64,000 nt of DNA from contig NW_025963890.1 of the NCBI RefSeq assembly GCF_023055435.1, forward strand, positions 33,666,001 through 33,730,000, given 5' to 3'. This DNA is from Haliotis rufescens. Taxonomy: Eukaryota. How positions within the stretch are numbered: the stretch's first letter is position 1; every line of letters begins with the position of its first letter. The position numbers were made by a program, and so were the translations under genes. Positions 1 to 15,024 of this stretch are shown piece after piece. The notes beneath the pieces were generated by a model. The model ran no database searches. It was given only the letters and a program-made list of their open reading frames with translations, and was not told where the DNA came from.

Positions 1-3000
1 ACTCCCTATACACCACAATCCACTACATGGAGTCATTTACTACAGCTCCCAGTACACCACAATCCACTACATGGAGTCCTTCACTACAACTCCCTATATA
101 CCACAACCCACTACATGGAGTCCTTCACTACAACTCCCTATATACCACAACCCACTACATGGAGTCCTTCACTACAACTCCCTATACACCACAATCCACT
201 ACATGGAGTCATTTACTACAGCTCCCAGTACACCACAATCAACTACATTGAGTCCTTCACTACAACTCCCTATACACCACAATCCACTACATGGAGTCCT
301 TCACTGCAGCTCCCTATACACCACAATCCACTACATGGAGTCCTTCACTACAACTCCCAGTACACCACAATCCACTACATGGAGTCCTTCACAACAACTC
401 CCAATATACCACAACCCACTACATGGAGTCCTTCACAACAACTCCCAATATACCACAATCCACTACATGGAGTCCTTCACTACAACTCCCAGTACACCAC
501 AATCCACTACATGGAGTCCTTCACTACAACTCCCAGTACACCACAATCCACTACATGGAGTCCTTCACTACAACTCCCAATATACCACAATCCACTACAT
601 GGAGTCCTTCACAACAACTCCCAGTACACCACAATCCACTACATGGAGTCCTTCACTACAGCTCCCAATATACCACAATCCACTACATGGAGTCCTTCAC
701 AACAACTCCCAGTACACCACAATCCACTACATGGAGTCCTTCACAACAACTCCCAATATACCACAATCCACTACATGGAGTCCTTCACAACAACTCCAAT
801 ACACCACAATCCACTACATGGAGTCCTTCACTACAGCTCCCAATATACCACAATCCACTACATGGAGTCCTTCACTACAGCTCCCAATACACCACAATCA
901 ACTACATTGAGTCCTTCACAACAACTCCCAGTACACCACAATCCACTACATGGAGTCCTTCACAACAACTCCCAGTACACCACAATCCACTATGTGGAGT
1001 CTTTCACTACAACTCCCTATACACCACAATCCACTACATGGAGTCCTTCACTACAACTCCCAGTACACCACAATCCACTACATGGAGTCCTTCACTACAG
1101 CTCCCAATATACCACAATCCACTACATGGAGTCCTTCACTACAACTCCCAGTACACCACAATCCACTACATGGAGTCCTTCACTACAACTCCCAATATAC
1201 CACAATCCACTACATGGAGTCCTTCACAACAACTCCCAGTACACCACAATCCACTACATGGAGTCCTTCACTACAGCTCCCAATATACCACAATCCACTA
1301 TATGGAGTCCTTCACTACAACTCCCAGTACACCACAATCCACTACATGGAGTCCTTCACTACAGCTCCCAGTACACCACAATCAACTACATGGAGTCCTT
1401 CACAACAACTCCCAGTACACCACAATCCACTACATGGAGTCCTTCACTACGGCTCCCAATACACCACAATCCACTACATGGAGTCCTTCACTACAACTCC
1501 CAGTACACCACAATCCACTACATGGAATCCTTCACTACAGCTCCCAGTACACCACAATCTACTACATGGAGTCCTTCACAACAACTCCCAGTACACCACA
1601 ATCCACTACATGGAGTCCTTCACTACAACTCCCAATATACCACAATCCACTACATGGAGTCCTTCACTACAACTCCCAGTACACCACAATCCACTACATG
1701 GAGTCCTTCACTACAACTCCCAATATACCACAATCCACTACATGGAGTCCTTCACAACAACTCCCAGTACACCACAATCCACTACATGGAGTCCTTCACT
1801 ACAGCTCCCAATATACCACAATCCACTACATGGAGTCCTTCACAACAACTCCCAGAACACCACAATCCACTACATGGAGTCCTTCACTACAGCTCCCAAT
1901 ATACGACAATCCACTACATGGAGTCCTTCACAACAACTCCAATACACCACAATCCACTACATGGAGTCCTTCACTACAGCTCCCAATATACCACAATCCA
2001 CTACATGGAGTCCTTCACAACAACTCCCAGTACACCACAATCCACTATGTGGAGTCTTTCACTACAGCTCCCAGTACACCACAATCCACTACATGGAGTC
2101 CTTCTCTACAGCTCCCAATATACCACAATCCACAATGTGGAGTCTTTCACTACAACTCCCAGTACACCACAATCCACTACATGGAGTCCTTCACTACAAC
2201 TCCCAGTACACCACAATCCACTACATGGAGTCCTTCACTACAACTCCCAATATACCACAATCCACTTCATGGAGTCCTTCACTACAGCTCCCAATATACC
2301 CCAATCCACTACATGGAGTCCTTCACAACAACTCCCAGTACACCACAATCCACTACATGAAGTCCTTCACAACAACTCCCAGTACACAACAATCCACTAC
2401 ATGGAGTCCTTCACTACAACTCCCAATATACCACAATCCACTACATGGAGTCCTTCACCAAAGCTCCCAGTACACCACAATCCAGTACATGGAGTCCTTC
2501 ACTACAGCTCCCAATATACCACAATCCACTACATGGAGTCCTTCACAACAACTCCCAGTACACCACAATCCACTATGTGGAGTCCTTCACTACAGCTCCC
2601 AGTACACCACAATCCACTACATGGAGTCCTTCTCTACAGCTCCCAATATACCACAATCCACAATGTGGAGTCTTTCACTACAACTCCCAGTACACCACAA
2701 TCCACTACATGGAGTCCTTCACTACAACTCCCAGTACACCACAATCCACTACATGGAGTCCTTCACTACAACTCCCAATATACCACAATCCACTACATGG
2801 AGTCCTTCACTACAGCTCCCAATATACCACAATCCACTACATGGAGTCCTTCACAACAACTCCCAGTACACCACAATCCACTACATGGAGTCCTTCACTA
2901 CAGCTCCCAATATACCACAATCCACTACATGGAGACCTTCACAACAACTCCCAGTACACCACAATCCACTACATGGAGTCCTTCACAACAACTCCCAGTA

Positions 3001-3930
3001 CACAACAATCCACTACATGGAGTCCTTCACTACAACTCCCAGTACACCACAATCCACTACATGGAGTCCTTCACTACAGCTCCCAATATACCACAATCCA
3101 CTACATGGAGTCCTTCACTACAACTCCCAATATACCACAATCCACTACATGGAGTCCTTCACAACAACTCCCAGTACACCACAATCCACTACATGGAGTC
3201 CTTCACTACAGCTCCCAATACACCACAATCCACTACATGGAGTCCTTCACAACAACTCCCAGTACACAACAATCCACTACATGGAGTCCTTCACTACAAC
3301 TCCCAGTACACCACAATCCACTACATGGAGTCCTTCACAACAACTCCCAGTACACCACAATCCACTACATGGAGTCCTTCACTACAACTCCCAATATACC
3401 ACAATCCACTACATGGAGTCCTTCACTACAGCTCCCAATATACCACAATCCACAATGTGGAGTCTTTCACTACAACTCCCAGTACACAACAATCCACTAC
3501 ATGGAGTCCTTCACTACAACTCCCAGTACACCACAATCCACTACATGGAGTCCTTCACTACAACTCCCAATATACCACAATCCACTACATGGAGTCCTTC
3601 ACTACAGCTCCCAATATACCACAATCCACTACATGGAGTCCTTCACAACAACTCCCAGTACACCACAATCCACTACATGGAGTCCTTCACTACAGCTCCC
3701 AATACACCACAATACACTACATGGAGTCCTTCACAACAACTCCCAGTACACCACAATCCACTACATGGAGTCCTTCACAACAACTCCCAGTACACCACAA
3801 TCCACTATGTGGAGTCTTTCACTACAGCTCCCAGTACACCACAATCCACTACATGGAGTCCTTCACTACAACTCCCAATATACTACAATCTACAATGTGG
3901 AGTCTTTCACTACAACTCCCAATACTCTTT
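1..3930. repeat. 44-bp tandem minisatellite (CCACAATCCACTACATGGAGTCCTTCACTACAACTCCCAGTACA), continues off the left edge
   Basis: Unit read directly. The 44-bp period produces the same 44-aa repeat in all three + frames. Confidence 0.97.
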
Positions 3931-4054
3931 GATCCAGCAGTCCACAATCCACTATGCTATTAAAGACCATTGGGACAGTAACCCTTCCAATAGAACTTGG
4001 TCAAGCAGTATTTTCCTGTATATACCCTCGGATACCTATACATTAACCTAGAAC

Positions 4055-4206
4055 CTGAAAAAAACGACATTTCTGACATTCAACAGTTTCTGCATTTAAC
4101 AGATCGGGGAAGTTGTGAAAACACTCCTCCACTAACAACAACATTGCCTGTGGTTGACATGAAGCCATTTCTGCTGCAATCCCAGCCGTGATGTTGTTGA
4201 TGTAAG
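4055..4206 (-). CDS. Candidate internal exon of an unidentified host gene (..AYINNITAGIAAEMASCQPQAMLLLVEECFHNFPDLLNAETVECQKCRFFQ)
   Basis: AG acceptor and GT donor, open frame, phase compatible with the candidate exon at 4338-4463. No family recognised. Confidence 0.4.
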
Positions 4207-4337
4207 CTGCCAGATAAGCAGCACACACATAACACTGAGCTTCCAAACATACACAATATATAACAGGTAATTAGTGCTGGTCTTGTGAGTGTGTGCATCA
4301 CTATGTAACTTCTACATTCAGCACTGTCTCACCAGAC

Positions 4338-4463
4338 CAAGAACATGGCCAGGGGAACATGGTGTCTTGCTCAAGGTCTCATGGCTTGCAGAGTCCATGT
4401 AGGAAACAATGCATACATTGGCTGTGTGATGTCTTCTCAACTCAAGGGGCATGTCTTCATATG
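4338..4463 (-). CDS. Candidate internal exon of the same unidentified gene (..YEDMPLELRRHHTANVCIVSYMDSASHETLSKTPCSPGHVL)
   Basis: tttttgtag acceptor, 126-nt open phase 1-1 exon with a GT donor. Confidence 0.35.
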
Positions 4464-4721
4464 CTACAAAAATACTTTATCGGAAGGCTTATTTTAATGT
4501 GAAGAATAATGGCAACACAAATGTTGTTTGTGTAACTTAGTCTTTTTTGGTGTGAGGGAGGCATGACAGATTTCAATGAAACCTGGTCACTGAACAAGTG
4601 TTTACATTCAGTCAATAAAAGTTTGCAGGGGTCATAGAACTAATGGCTGTTTTTTTATACACTAAATTTCACCATGCCATTATGCTTCTAAGCCTTTAAT
4701 AGTGCATAATTGTTGATCCCT

Positions 4722-4910
4722 ATGAAAATTCCGGGTAAGAATTGGTCCCCCGCAACCTATGCGCAAGTCTCAGTGACTTGGTTGACTGCATACATGTAGC
4801 ATCATACGGCATGAATCGATGCTCAAAATATCACTCACAAGATTGTCTGGTCCAGACTTGATTATTTATGGGCCACCATCAGCCAGTTTGAATATTGAAT
4901 ATATCCATTC
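4722..4910 (+). mobile_element. Degenerate SINE copy, same family as 23168 and 28873
   Basis: Shares GACTTGGTTGA..ATCGATGCTCA..GATTGTCTGGTCCAGAC..GAATATTG blocks with the other copies. Confidence 0.6.
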
Positions 4911-6002
4911 TGAGATTAAAAACAGAACTTTTATCCGTTACAATTAAACAAAACCAAATAAAACACAATGGTGACTGATTCCAAACAAAATATAAGTAAA
5001 TTTACCTCAACATTTTCTGAGAACTTGTGCAACATTGTCTGAAATGCCTGATGTTGAATCCTGTTCATGAAGCACGAAAGAATTATTTTCTGTATCATTC
5101 ACACAAAATTTCAGCTATCTTGACCACATAATTTCCAAACATTTCGATGACATTTCAAAACATCACACCTGTCATGGCAATATAAACCTGTGCTGAGTTT
5201 TGGTACATTTAGCATGTTAAGAGCAAGATTCTAGGGAAAACGAACTCAGTTCTGCAACGTTGTCTACAACTGTTGACTTGACATGGATCATTTAGCATTC
5301 GTGAAACTTAGTAAGTATCCGCTTAGAGAACCTTGTCGTTTTTTAAAAGATGTTGAAATCAATGAGAAAATTATATTATTTCTAACATACAAATAACAAT
5401 AAGATTACAACAATTTGAACAGAATTTGGTGTCATCAAAGGAAAGGATGACTAAAGAGCCCAGAACATGTTCTGAGGGAATTTTAAATGGTAAATTTAGA
5501 GTAGGCATTGACAATATGACCGAAAAAGGAACATCATCATACGTGCATTGAACCTCATTACATGAACCACCAACAATGAGTTTTCAATATTTTGTGTAGT
5601 TACCATGGTTACAGAGTACCATTGCATCAGTTGGCAGGATAATCTTTTTAACAACAAAAATGATAAGCTTGTGCAGTAATATTTTAAACATTGTATACAT
5701 CTCCTACTTGGTTCCCAACCCTTAACTTGGGGTGTAGGGGGTCCACAAACCCTCAGTCCACTCACTGTGGACATGCCATATATGAAGCTGACATGAGAGT
5801 CCATGTCCCAGCTCAAGTGTGTAACACATACATTGTAAATAAATATTATTCATCATTCCATATATGCTTTGAAACTATCTGACCTTGCTCTCAGTTGGGT
5901 GAGGTGAAATGGGTTTATTGTTGCGTTCAAGATTGTTGTACTAACAGCGATGTGCATGCATGGCTGCTTGTATTAGTCCAGATTGATAGCAATTTTATAG
6001 TG

Positions 6003-6200
6003 CTAGCCCACTGAGATACCACGCCGAAGTTTAACATGAATACCCCACTCAGACAGAGTATACTCCAAGCCTACCAATGCCGAGCGCCAGGCAGGGTAAC
6101 AACAAGTGCCACCTTTAACGTCTTTTGGTATGATGCGGCCAGGCATAAAACCCCTGACCTTCCGCTCTCCGGTATCTACCACAAGACCACGCAGGCGGTC
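6003..6200 (-). mobile_element. tRNA-derived SINE with a Meta-domain-like core
   Basis: Minus strand reads GGCCGCATCATACCAAAAGACGTTAAAGGTGGCACTTG..CTGCCTGGCGCTCGGCA after a degenerate tRNA head. Resembles the MetaSINE core from memory. Confidence 0.55.
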
Positions 6201-8890
6201 CTCTGTTGGGAATATCCATTGAACAAAGAGCATTCTCACAGGTAATATTACATACAGTCAGCATTTCTGCTTGAATCCTCATTCTCAATCCTTATCAAAT
6301 ATGTAGGTTGTCAAAATGGTCCCCAAAATAACTAAGGAGAAAACAGGGCATGAAAATAGGTTGTCGATTGACAGTAACTCAATATATTGGCAAACAGCCT
6401 TTTGACAAAAGCACTTTTGAAATCCTCTTGCGGACAATCTCAGCTTTAAAGTGAGGGAGTGTGTGGCAGTACAAAACCGCAGTGTGATCTAGTCCTCATG
6501 TCACAGTACACAGTGAGCTAGTTCTTGGTGAGGTCAAGTTGAGTGCCATACACCTAGCTTCCAGGTATATGTGAACTAATTGACCCTGCTAATCTGACTG
6601 CTTCATTTATGCTGCAAATTCACTGGCTCACTGTCGAGAGTCCTGCATGGAGGCAGTGGCAATGCGCTCGAAAGAAAGGCAATAGCAATTTGTCAAACTT
6701 TCCATGCTCCATTGCAGTGTTTGACAGCTCAGTGTGGGGCTTACTCCTATAAACAGACTTAACATGCATGGTTAGATAAACTACCGACTCTCATGGAGAA
6801 ATCCAAGTATCCAATTTATACACGATATATGAATTTGCTTTTAATATTATAGGGATAAAACATCCATCATTTATCATTTCAGTTACACTGCAATTCCTTT
6901 TGAGGCAACCTTGCGTCCGAGCAGACAAGTATTCTGCCAAGCTTGTAATATCTCTTATATAAATACTACCTACATAACACAAAGTCTGGGCGAGGCTCAT
7001 GTAGTTATTGTTCTTGAATAAAAACAGAAGAGTGCACAAACATGCCGTGTGTAGGGCGCTTACCTCCACTGAAACACTGCTAAGTTCGGATCACAACACA
7101 ATCAATCAGTGTATTCGGTATAAAAGAAAAGACACTAAATACCTCACTATAACGCTTCTTGTGTCGTCTGCTATCTACATACACAGAACAATAACGCGAA
7201 GTCAGCAGACGAACTGTCAAACCAACTCGGCGTCGCTAGAATTCCTATAGGCATACAAGGACAACTATTGATATAAATAACTGTAAGAAATCCCTTAATG
7301 AATCATAATGTTACACTAGAGAATAAATGGAAACGTGATTGAAAAAGATAAATGCTACTATTGTATAACACAGAAAACAATCCTTTAAATGTTGTCACTG
7401 AAAAGCAAACAAATACTCACAAGATCATAGTATCCGAGGGGACTTGGGGGATCTGCTCTAGTTGCAGAAACATACACCTGACGGTCGTACGGAAACACAG
7501 ACACCGGTGAGGACAAGCAGATGTCCCTTCCAATACGGTGGTCAGATATAAAACAAAATAAATCACACTCCTCCACATATTGATAGCGGGATATTCCCTG
7601 CTCGTGCAGTGCGCGTGTTGTGTACTGCTACCGCACGGGCTTATTGTTTTGGTGGGGAAGCACCCCTCTCGGCTTCTCGCGCGCAGAGTCGTACCGCTGG
7701 GAAATATAGTCCATCGTATAAAGTTCTTTTATTTTGTAAGCCAAGACTCGTCACTCCAATGAATAACATCGACCGTATTGATGGCATCATATGAAGCTAT
7801 GTATTCTGCACTTGATGTTTCAATAATAAGATAAAAAGTTTGTAATCTCGCGGAGGGATATGTGTGCCTCAAAATGTTTGACCCGATACGTGATTTCCCC
7901 TTCAATTTTGCGGGACAAGGATTCTTTTCTTACAGAGGCAATTATCAGAAACACGATATAGGAAATATACAATTGAATTCAACCCTCTCAAATAAGACCA
8001 ATCACTTGAAAGTTACTTTATGTCTGCCTAACAGCCTAGGGTGATATAGCACATATAACGCCTGAAGACTTAAACATTTTACGATAAACATTCAATGGAA
8101 AGAGATCCAGGCGGGATATTATGTGAAACATTATGTAACAGATGTTGCTTTATGATGTTGTCCTTTCTTGAGTTAAGTGTGGTCAGCAGTACAACACAGA
8201 TGAGAATTAGTGTACATGTTCGCCAAGCAAGGCTATCGTCCACCAAACAATATTTCATGTTACATACACTCCAAATTACAGTTTGAGTTTTCTTGTAATT
8301 TGTCTACGTTTTGTGTAGGCCACTCTCCATTGTGACTAATTTGTTAAATCTTTTTTTAAACCTAAGAACACTGTTTATGTTAAGTCCCGCTGTCAGACCA
8401 CAATTACTAGTCGCGCTGAAGTCATTGCATACTGCTCTGAAATAGTTACATTTGTCTTGCCTTATTAATCATACTGTGATCAAAATGAATGAAGTGGTAA
8501 TATTAACCAAATTGTTTGAACGATATAATGTTTCTTATTCCAATTTCCAATGTCTGCATGTTTATTTACCCAATCTTGCTGATTGGTCAATGTGACCCAG
8601 TAGTGTTTCCTGATTAATAACACTACCTTTGTTCATTACGCTAGTTTATTCATGCAAACGTTATACGTAATTATAATTACAGAACAAAACGTTATTACAG
8701 TTATGCAGTGATCAGTTGAACATTAGGCTTAAGTAAATAACTACCAGCGAAGATGAACACTTTAATTACTTCACTTTTGGAAGCCACAGTTTTCAGAACG
8801 TAACCCCCCTACTAGCAGTCCGCATGGTGGGTTTAATTTACTGTATGATCGATCCACTTGTGTAATCTACGGAAGTCATTTAGGGCAATT

Positions 8891-9030
8891 GGTTTTGTTT
8901 TTTTGTTTTTTTTGTTATTTGTTTGTTTGTTTTGTTGTTGTTTTGTTTGTTGTTGGGTTGGGGGGTTTGTTTGTTTGTTGTTGGTTTGTTTGTTTGTTTG
9001 TTGTTGTTGTTTGTTTGTTTGTTTGTTTTG
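8891..9030. repeat. (TTTG/TTG)n microsatellite
   Basis: Direct reading. Confidence 0.95.
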
Positions 9031-10166
9031 GGGGGATGCAGAAATTTCCAGTTACATACTATTGAAGTTGAAATTTCAAGATAATGATCCTGAATTTTTA
9101 TAATATTAATTTGATATCTGTGGCCTTAAAGGGCTTCCGTAGTATCCATGTTTCGTCACCCCGTAACCCCTTCAAACCGGACGTGGCTGGATGCCGGACG
9201 TTATGGTGATGGAATGTGGGAGAAGAGGGTCAGTGGCATACTGTGGGCAGATGAATACGTTCATGTCGAGTAATAGTGAGAGGAGGCGTTCTCGAATGGT
9301 AAGCATTACCTACACTACCATGGGAAACGACAAACGTTTCACATAAACGTCACCTTCCCGCCAAACATACCAAAGATGTTTTCTTTTCTTTTCTCAGACA
9401 GCCAAATAAAAACATGTTCCCGTTTCTTCTACCTTTACCGTGGAAGCAGGGATATTGTATTCCTTTCTCAAAGTCCAAGGGCTATGGAATTACCGGGACT
9501 TTTGATTGAGAAAATGTCAAAAGTCACCCAAAAAATCAGAGCCTCCTTACTCAACACACTTAAAAAGCGTGTATTCGTAGCAAAATAGGGTAAAGCAACA
9601 CCCACTGATGCCCCGGAAACCTTTTGTTGACGTGAGAGTGTATTCCATCTCATGTAGCTTCCCCGCCTGTATTTCTACAGCTGATGTAGAGAGGGTGTCA
9701 AGGCGCGATGTGCCCATTGCTGCTGCTGCTCCTACTGCATACGTCTTCTGTGAATCCTCTTGCATGGGATTCCAACTCTTTTCACATAACTATGTGCAAT
9801 GGCTTCTAGAAACAAAGAAAAATATAACTCTAAAGGATAACATAACTTGTACATTGGTCGAGGAGACCCCAGTTTGGGCGGTGTAACATGTATACACACC
9901 ATCGACAACAATGTGCGGTAGTCGCCCACAACGATCCCCTTTGCTAACTAATGACTTCCACCTCCACCCCACTGGACATGTCGACAGGCAGGGACTCTTA
10001 TAACACATGCACGAGTCAGAAATACCGGGGGAGAACAAGTCTCAGGTATCCAATGATTGTTGGTTGAGTCAGCAAATGAGGATCGGGTGGTCACATTGTG
10101 TGATCTGGTTGACTGTCTCACGGCGTGCCCCGATAAAGTGTTCCGTTGCTCATACTGTCAACCACT

Positions 10167-12684
10167 TGCCTGTTTGAACCACACTGATTACATGTGTAGG
10201 CAGACCGACGTCATGCATCTACTATAGCCCGTTTGAACCAAACTGATTACATATGTAGGCAGACCGACGTCATGCGTCTACTATAGCCTGTTTGAACCAC
10301 GCTGAGTACATATGTAGGCAGACCGACGTCATGCATCTACTATAGCCTGTTTGAACCACACTGATTACATGTGTAGGCAGACCGACGTCATGCATCTACT
10401 ATAGCCCGTTTGAACCACGCTGATTACATGTGTAGGCAGACCGACGTCATGCATCTACTATAGCCCGTTTGAACCAAACTGATTACATATGTAGGCAGAC
10501 CGGCGTCATGCATCTACTATAGCCCGTTTGAACCAAACTGATTATATAGCCTGTTTGAACCACGCTGATTACATATATAGGCAGACCGACGTCATGCATC
10601 TACTATAGCCTGTTTGAACCACGCTGGTTACATATGTAGGCAGACCGACGTCATGCATCTACTATAGCCCGTTTGAACCAAACTGATTATATAGCCTGTT
10701 TGAACCACGCTGATTACATATGTAGGCAGACCGACGTCATGCATCTACTATAGCCTGTTTGAACCACGCTGGTTACATATGTAGGCAGACCGACGTCATG
10801 CATCTACTATAGCCCGTTTGAACCAAACTGATTATATAGCCTGTTTGAACCACGCTGATTACATATGTAGGCAGACCGACGTCATGCATCTACTATAGCC
10901 CGTTTGAACCTCGCTGATTACATATGTAGGCAGACCGACGTCATGCGTCTACTATAGCCTGTTTGAACCACGCTGAGTACATATGTAGGCAGACCGACGT
11001 CATGCATCTACTATAGCCTGTTTGAACCACACTGATTACATGTGTAGGCAGACCGACGTCATGCATCTACTATAGCCCGTTTGAACCACGCTGATTACAT
11101 GTGTAGGCAGACCGACGTCATGCATCTACTATAGCCCGTTTGAACCACGCTAATTACATGTGTAGGCAGACCGACGTCATGCATCTACTATAGCCTGTTT
11201 GAACCACGCTGGTTACATGTGTAGGCAGACCGACGTCATGCATCTACTATAGCCCGTTTGAACCAAACTGATTACATATATAGGCAGACCGACGTCATGC
11301 ATCTACTATAGCCTGTTTGAACCACGCTGAATACATATGTAGGCAGACCGACGTCATGCATCTACTATAGCCCGTTTGAACCAAACTGATTACATATATA
11401 GGCAGACCGACGTCATGCATCTACTATAGCCTGTTTGAACCACGCTGGTTACATATGTAGGCAGACCGACGTCATGCATCTACTATAGCCTGTTTGAACC
11501 ACGCTGATTACATATGTAGGCAGACCGACGTCATGCATCTACTATAGCCTGTTTGAACCACACTGATTACATATGTAGGCAGACCGACGTCATGCATCTA
11601 CTATAGCCTGTTTGAACCACACTGATTAAATATGTAGGCAGACCGACGTCATGCATCTGCTATAGCCTGTTTGAACCACGCTGATTACATGTGTAGGCAG
11701 ACCGACGTCATGCATCTGCTAAAGCCTGTTTGAACCAAACTGATTATATAGCCTGTTTGAACCACACTGATTACATATGTAGGCAGACCGACGTCATGCA
11801 TCTGCTAAAGCCTGTTTGAACCACGCTGATTACATATGTAGGCAGACCGACGTCATGCGTCTACTATAGCCTGTTTGAACCACGCTTATTAAATATGTAG
11901 GTAGACCGACGTCATGCATCTGCTATAGCCTGTTTGAACCACGCTGATTACATGTGTAGGCAGACCGACGTCATGCATCTGCTATAGCCTGTTTGAACCA
12001 AACTGATTATATAGCCTGTTTGAACCACACTGATTACATATGTAGGCAGACCGACGTCATGCATCTACTATAGCCTGTTTGAACCACACTGATTACATAT
12101 GTAGGCAGACCGACGTCATGCATCTGCTAAAGCCTGTTTGAACCACGCTGATTACATATGTAGGCAGACCGACGTCATGCGTCTACTATAGCCTGTTTGA
12201 ACCACGCTGATTAAATATGTAGGCAGACCGACGTCATGCATCTGCTATAGCCTGTTTGAACCACGCTGGTTACATGTGTAGGCAGACCGACGTCATGCAT
12301 CTGCTAAAGCCTGTTTGAACCAAACTGATTATATAGCCTGTTTGAACCACACTGATTACATATGTAGGCAGACCGACGTCATGCATCTACTATAGCCTGT
12401 TTGAACCACACTGATTACATATGTAGGCAGACCGACGTCATGCATCTACTATAGCCTGTTTGAACCACGCTGATTACATGTGTAGGCAGACCGACGTCAT
12501 GCATCTACTATAGCCTGTTTGAACCACACTGATTACATATGTAGGCAGACCGACGTCATGCATCTACTATAGCCTGTTTGAACCACGCTGATTACATATG
12601 TAGGCAGACCGACGTCATGCATCTACTATAGCCTGTTTGAACCACGCTGATTACATATGTAGGCAGACCGACGTCATGCATCTG
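10167..12684. repeat. 59-bp minisatellite (GCCTGTTTGAACCACGCTGATTACATATGTAGGCAGACCGACGTCATGCATCTACTATA) with interspersed truncated units
   Basis: Period 59 counted. Embedded in a SINE remnant spanning about 10078-12712. Confidence 0.95.
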
Positions 12685-15024
12685 ATGGCATTGCTGACTG
12701 CGGCGTGAAACATGTTTCACTTGCAACATGGGAATAGAATATTCCATGTATGTTGGCGTCCGCCAATTTGGATGGTCGAAAGAGGGCGTATATCAACCAT
12801 CACATTACCTTGTGGGTCGACGATTGGACAGCATTACGACAATATGCAAACACCCAACAGCGGATGCATAAATACTTGGTTATACAAATACATACGTACG
12901 TCATACATGACAATACAAGAGTGGACAGTTCAGGAGTGTCAATTAAATACCCGTGAAGATTTATGATACGTTCCCTGAACATATGACATCATTTCATTGT
13001 TGCAATGCAGATCTCTGGCGCAGACACTTTTTGTCTTTCACCTTTAATTCATTCAGTTTTGTGTGTGCATAATTTTCAAACAGTTGAGGACATGACTGTC
13101 AGGTTTTTGGGAGGATGACACGTAGGTCAGGCTTCAGTCATATATAGACGGTCCATAGTTTCTATTTACTTATAACACAGGTCATCTTACAAGTGGAAAT
13201 ATGAATACGATTACAGGGATCGTCCCTGCTCCAGGTGTTCCTTGAAAGTAGTCCCGGCAGGTCGGTGACCCACGTTTAGTTTGTTTGGTACTGTCCGGCG
13301 TGTGTGTGGAGTAGCGCATAACACACAAATAATACATTCCCCTCTTGCATGTCCCTCAAGCTGTCCCAACAAGATGAACCTTTAAGTCGGCTAAATCCCA
13401 ACATTCTACCACCCACGACAAATGCTTCCCAAAATATCGCCACTCGACAGAATCAACGTCGGTCCCTCCCGGTAAAGGAAAAGCCCGGAGCCATGGCCAT
13501 GCTGAGGTGCGGCAGTTGTACAATATAGAGTGTGTCAATTGTTGCAGGAGAAATAAACAGACATCTCGCATTTCGCGGTTTGTGAGAAGATACTTGGTCC
13601 AGCAGAAACGTGGTTGTAGAGTGGAGCTCGCCCGCTGGGAACTCATCATTCTTTATTGGCACTTGTGTCTGTCACACGGTTCTTTAATTTCTCGTTTCAA
13701 CTTCTCTGATTGTATTTGGAATGGTAAGGAGACTTATTGTTGATGATTGTTTTTAATTGTAAAAAAATCTCTTGTCATGTCAGTGATAAGAATTTGTATA
13801 GTATTTGTAAGTGCTCCTCACTTCGGTTGATAGTGTGTACATGTATAGAACGTTAATGTTCCTAATGAGTTTGCTGCATCTAGATATGCACTAATTCCAC
13901 AGCGAGACGTGGTGAATGACGTGTGTCAGCATAGTTCCTCATATCAATTGTCACCCATCGCTGACACATCTCCACAGTGACAGCCTTCTGTGTCGGCACA
14001 ACTTCCGCAATATAGGATTCCTATCTGACCCCAGCAAGGGCAGTGTTGGGGCTGGCTGCTGACGGCTGTGACGGAGTATCGTGCTGAGTGAACCCTATTT
14101 GCTAGATAAACCGATGTCAGTGCGTCAACCAGCAGAGCAAGTGCAGTCACAGGGAGCACAATGTCGGGTTAGTCACTATGGGTAGTCCTCATTCTGCTAC
14201 AGACGAGCAAAATCGCCCTCTTCATAGACAGGAACCATTCGACATTTTCAGAGTGCTGTTTCCGTCCGCCTCTTTGACTCAGTCAAACGGCAGCAGTGCG
14301 ACGACTAAGATCTTAGGATTTCAGGAAATGGGAAGAATTCTGCTCGGTTGAATGTACTTCAGACTATGGCGGTTCTATGAATTTCATACCGTAGACCGCG
14401 TTCCCCTCTGACGTGTCCGGAGTTTATTAGACAGCACATTTTAATTACCATACTTTACACGTGTTATTTATATCCACAGGCTAACAAGCACATCCTTACG
14501 TGTGTAGAGCAACCACCGACACATGTTTTCTCTTTTGATTACCGACATGCATAACAGCGAGTTGACGTCTCGAATGCAATACTAGGGCGCTTTATGTTCT
14601 GAGGTCGACAGCCACATGTTGGCAGCCGTGTGGCAGAATATGTGGGCCGACACAAGGACAAACACAAAGAGATGAGGACACTTGCATAATGAGGCGTCTA
14701 GATACAGTACATTATATTTGGTGGGGCTGCATTAATGTGGACCTTGCTTATAATTTATAGTTGTGATAGTATGGATCGATTTACAGGTATAAAGGCGAAT
14801 AGACGCAGGCGGACACATAATAATTAGAGATAAATTCAGGCATAAAGGTAGACTGTCACACATTCCCTAAACCATATTATTTTCAGAGTTTCTAGATCTA
14901 GATTTTCATCTGAATCTCCCATCTCATTAGGGCTAATTTTAACATAATTTAAACATAGATATCTATTTCTATCAAAATAATAAATTTTCAGAGACTAAGT
15001 GCTAGTCTAACATGACGGCTAATG

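Noticed and set aside
27-4051. Very long ORFs (up to 1282 aa) read as a mucin-like gene
   Set aside because: The same peptide appears in all three frames from a 44-bp unit that is not a multiple of 3; no signal peptide or unique domain.
10167-12684. CRISPR-like appearance of this and the other arrays
   Set aside because: Units are contiguous with no unique spacers, there are no cas genes, and the context is eukaryotic.
9120-14400. Coding-like stretches near 9550-10000 and 13350-14160 as host exons
   Set aside because: Could not assemble consistent splice phases or recognise a domain; left unannotated.
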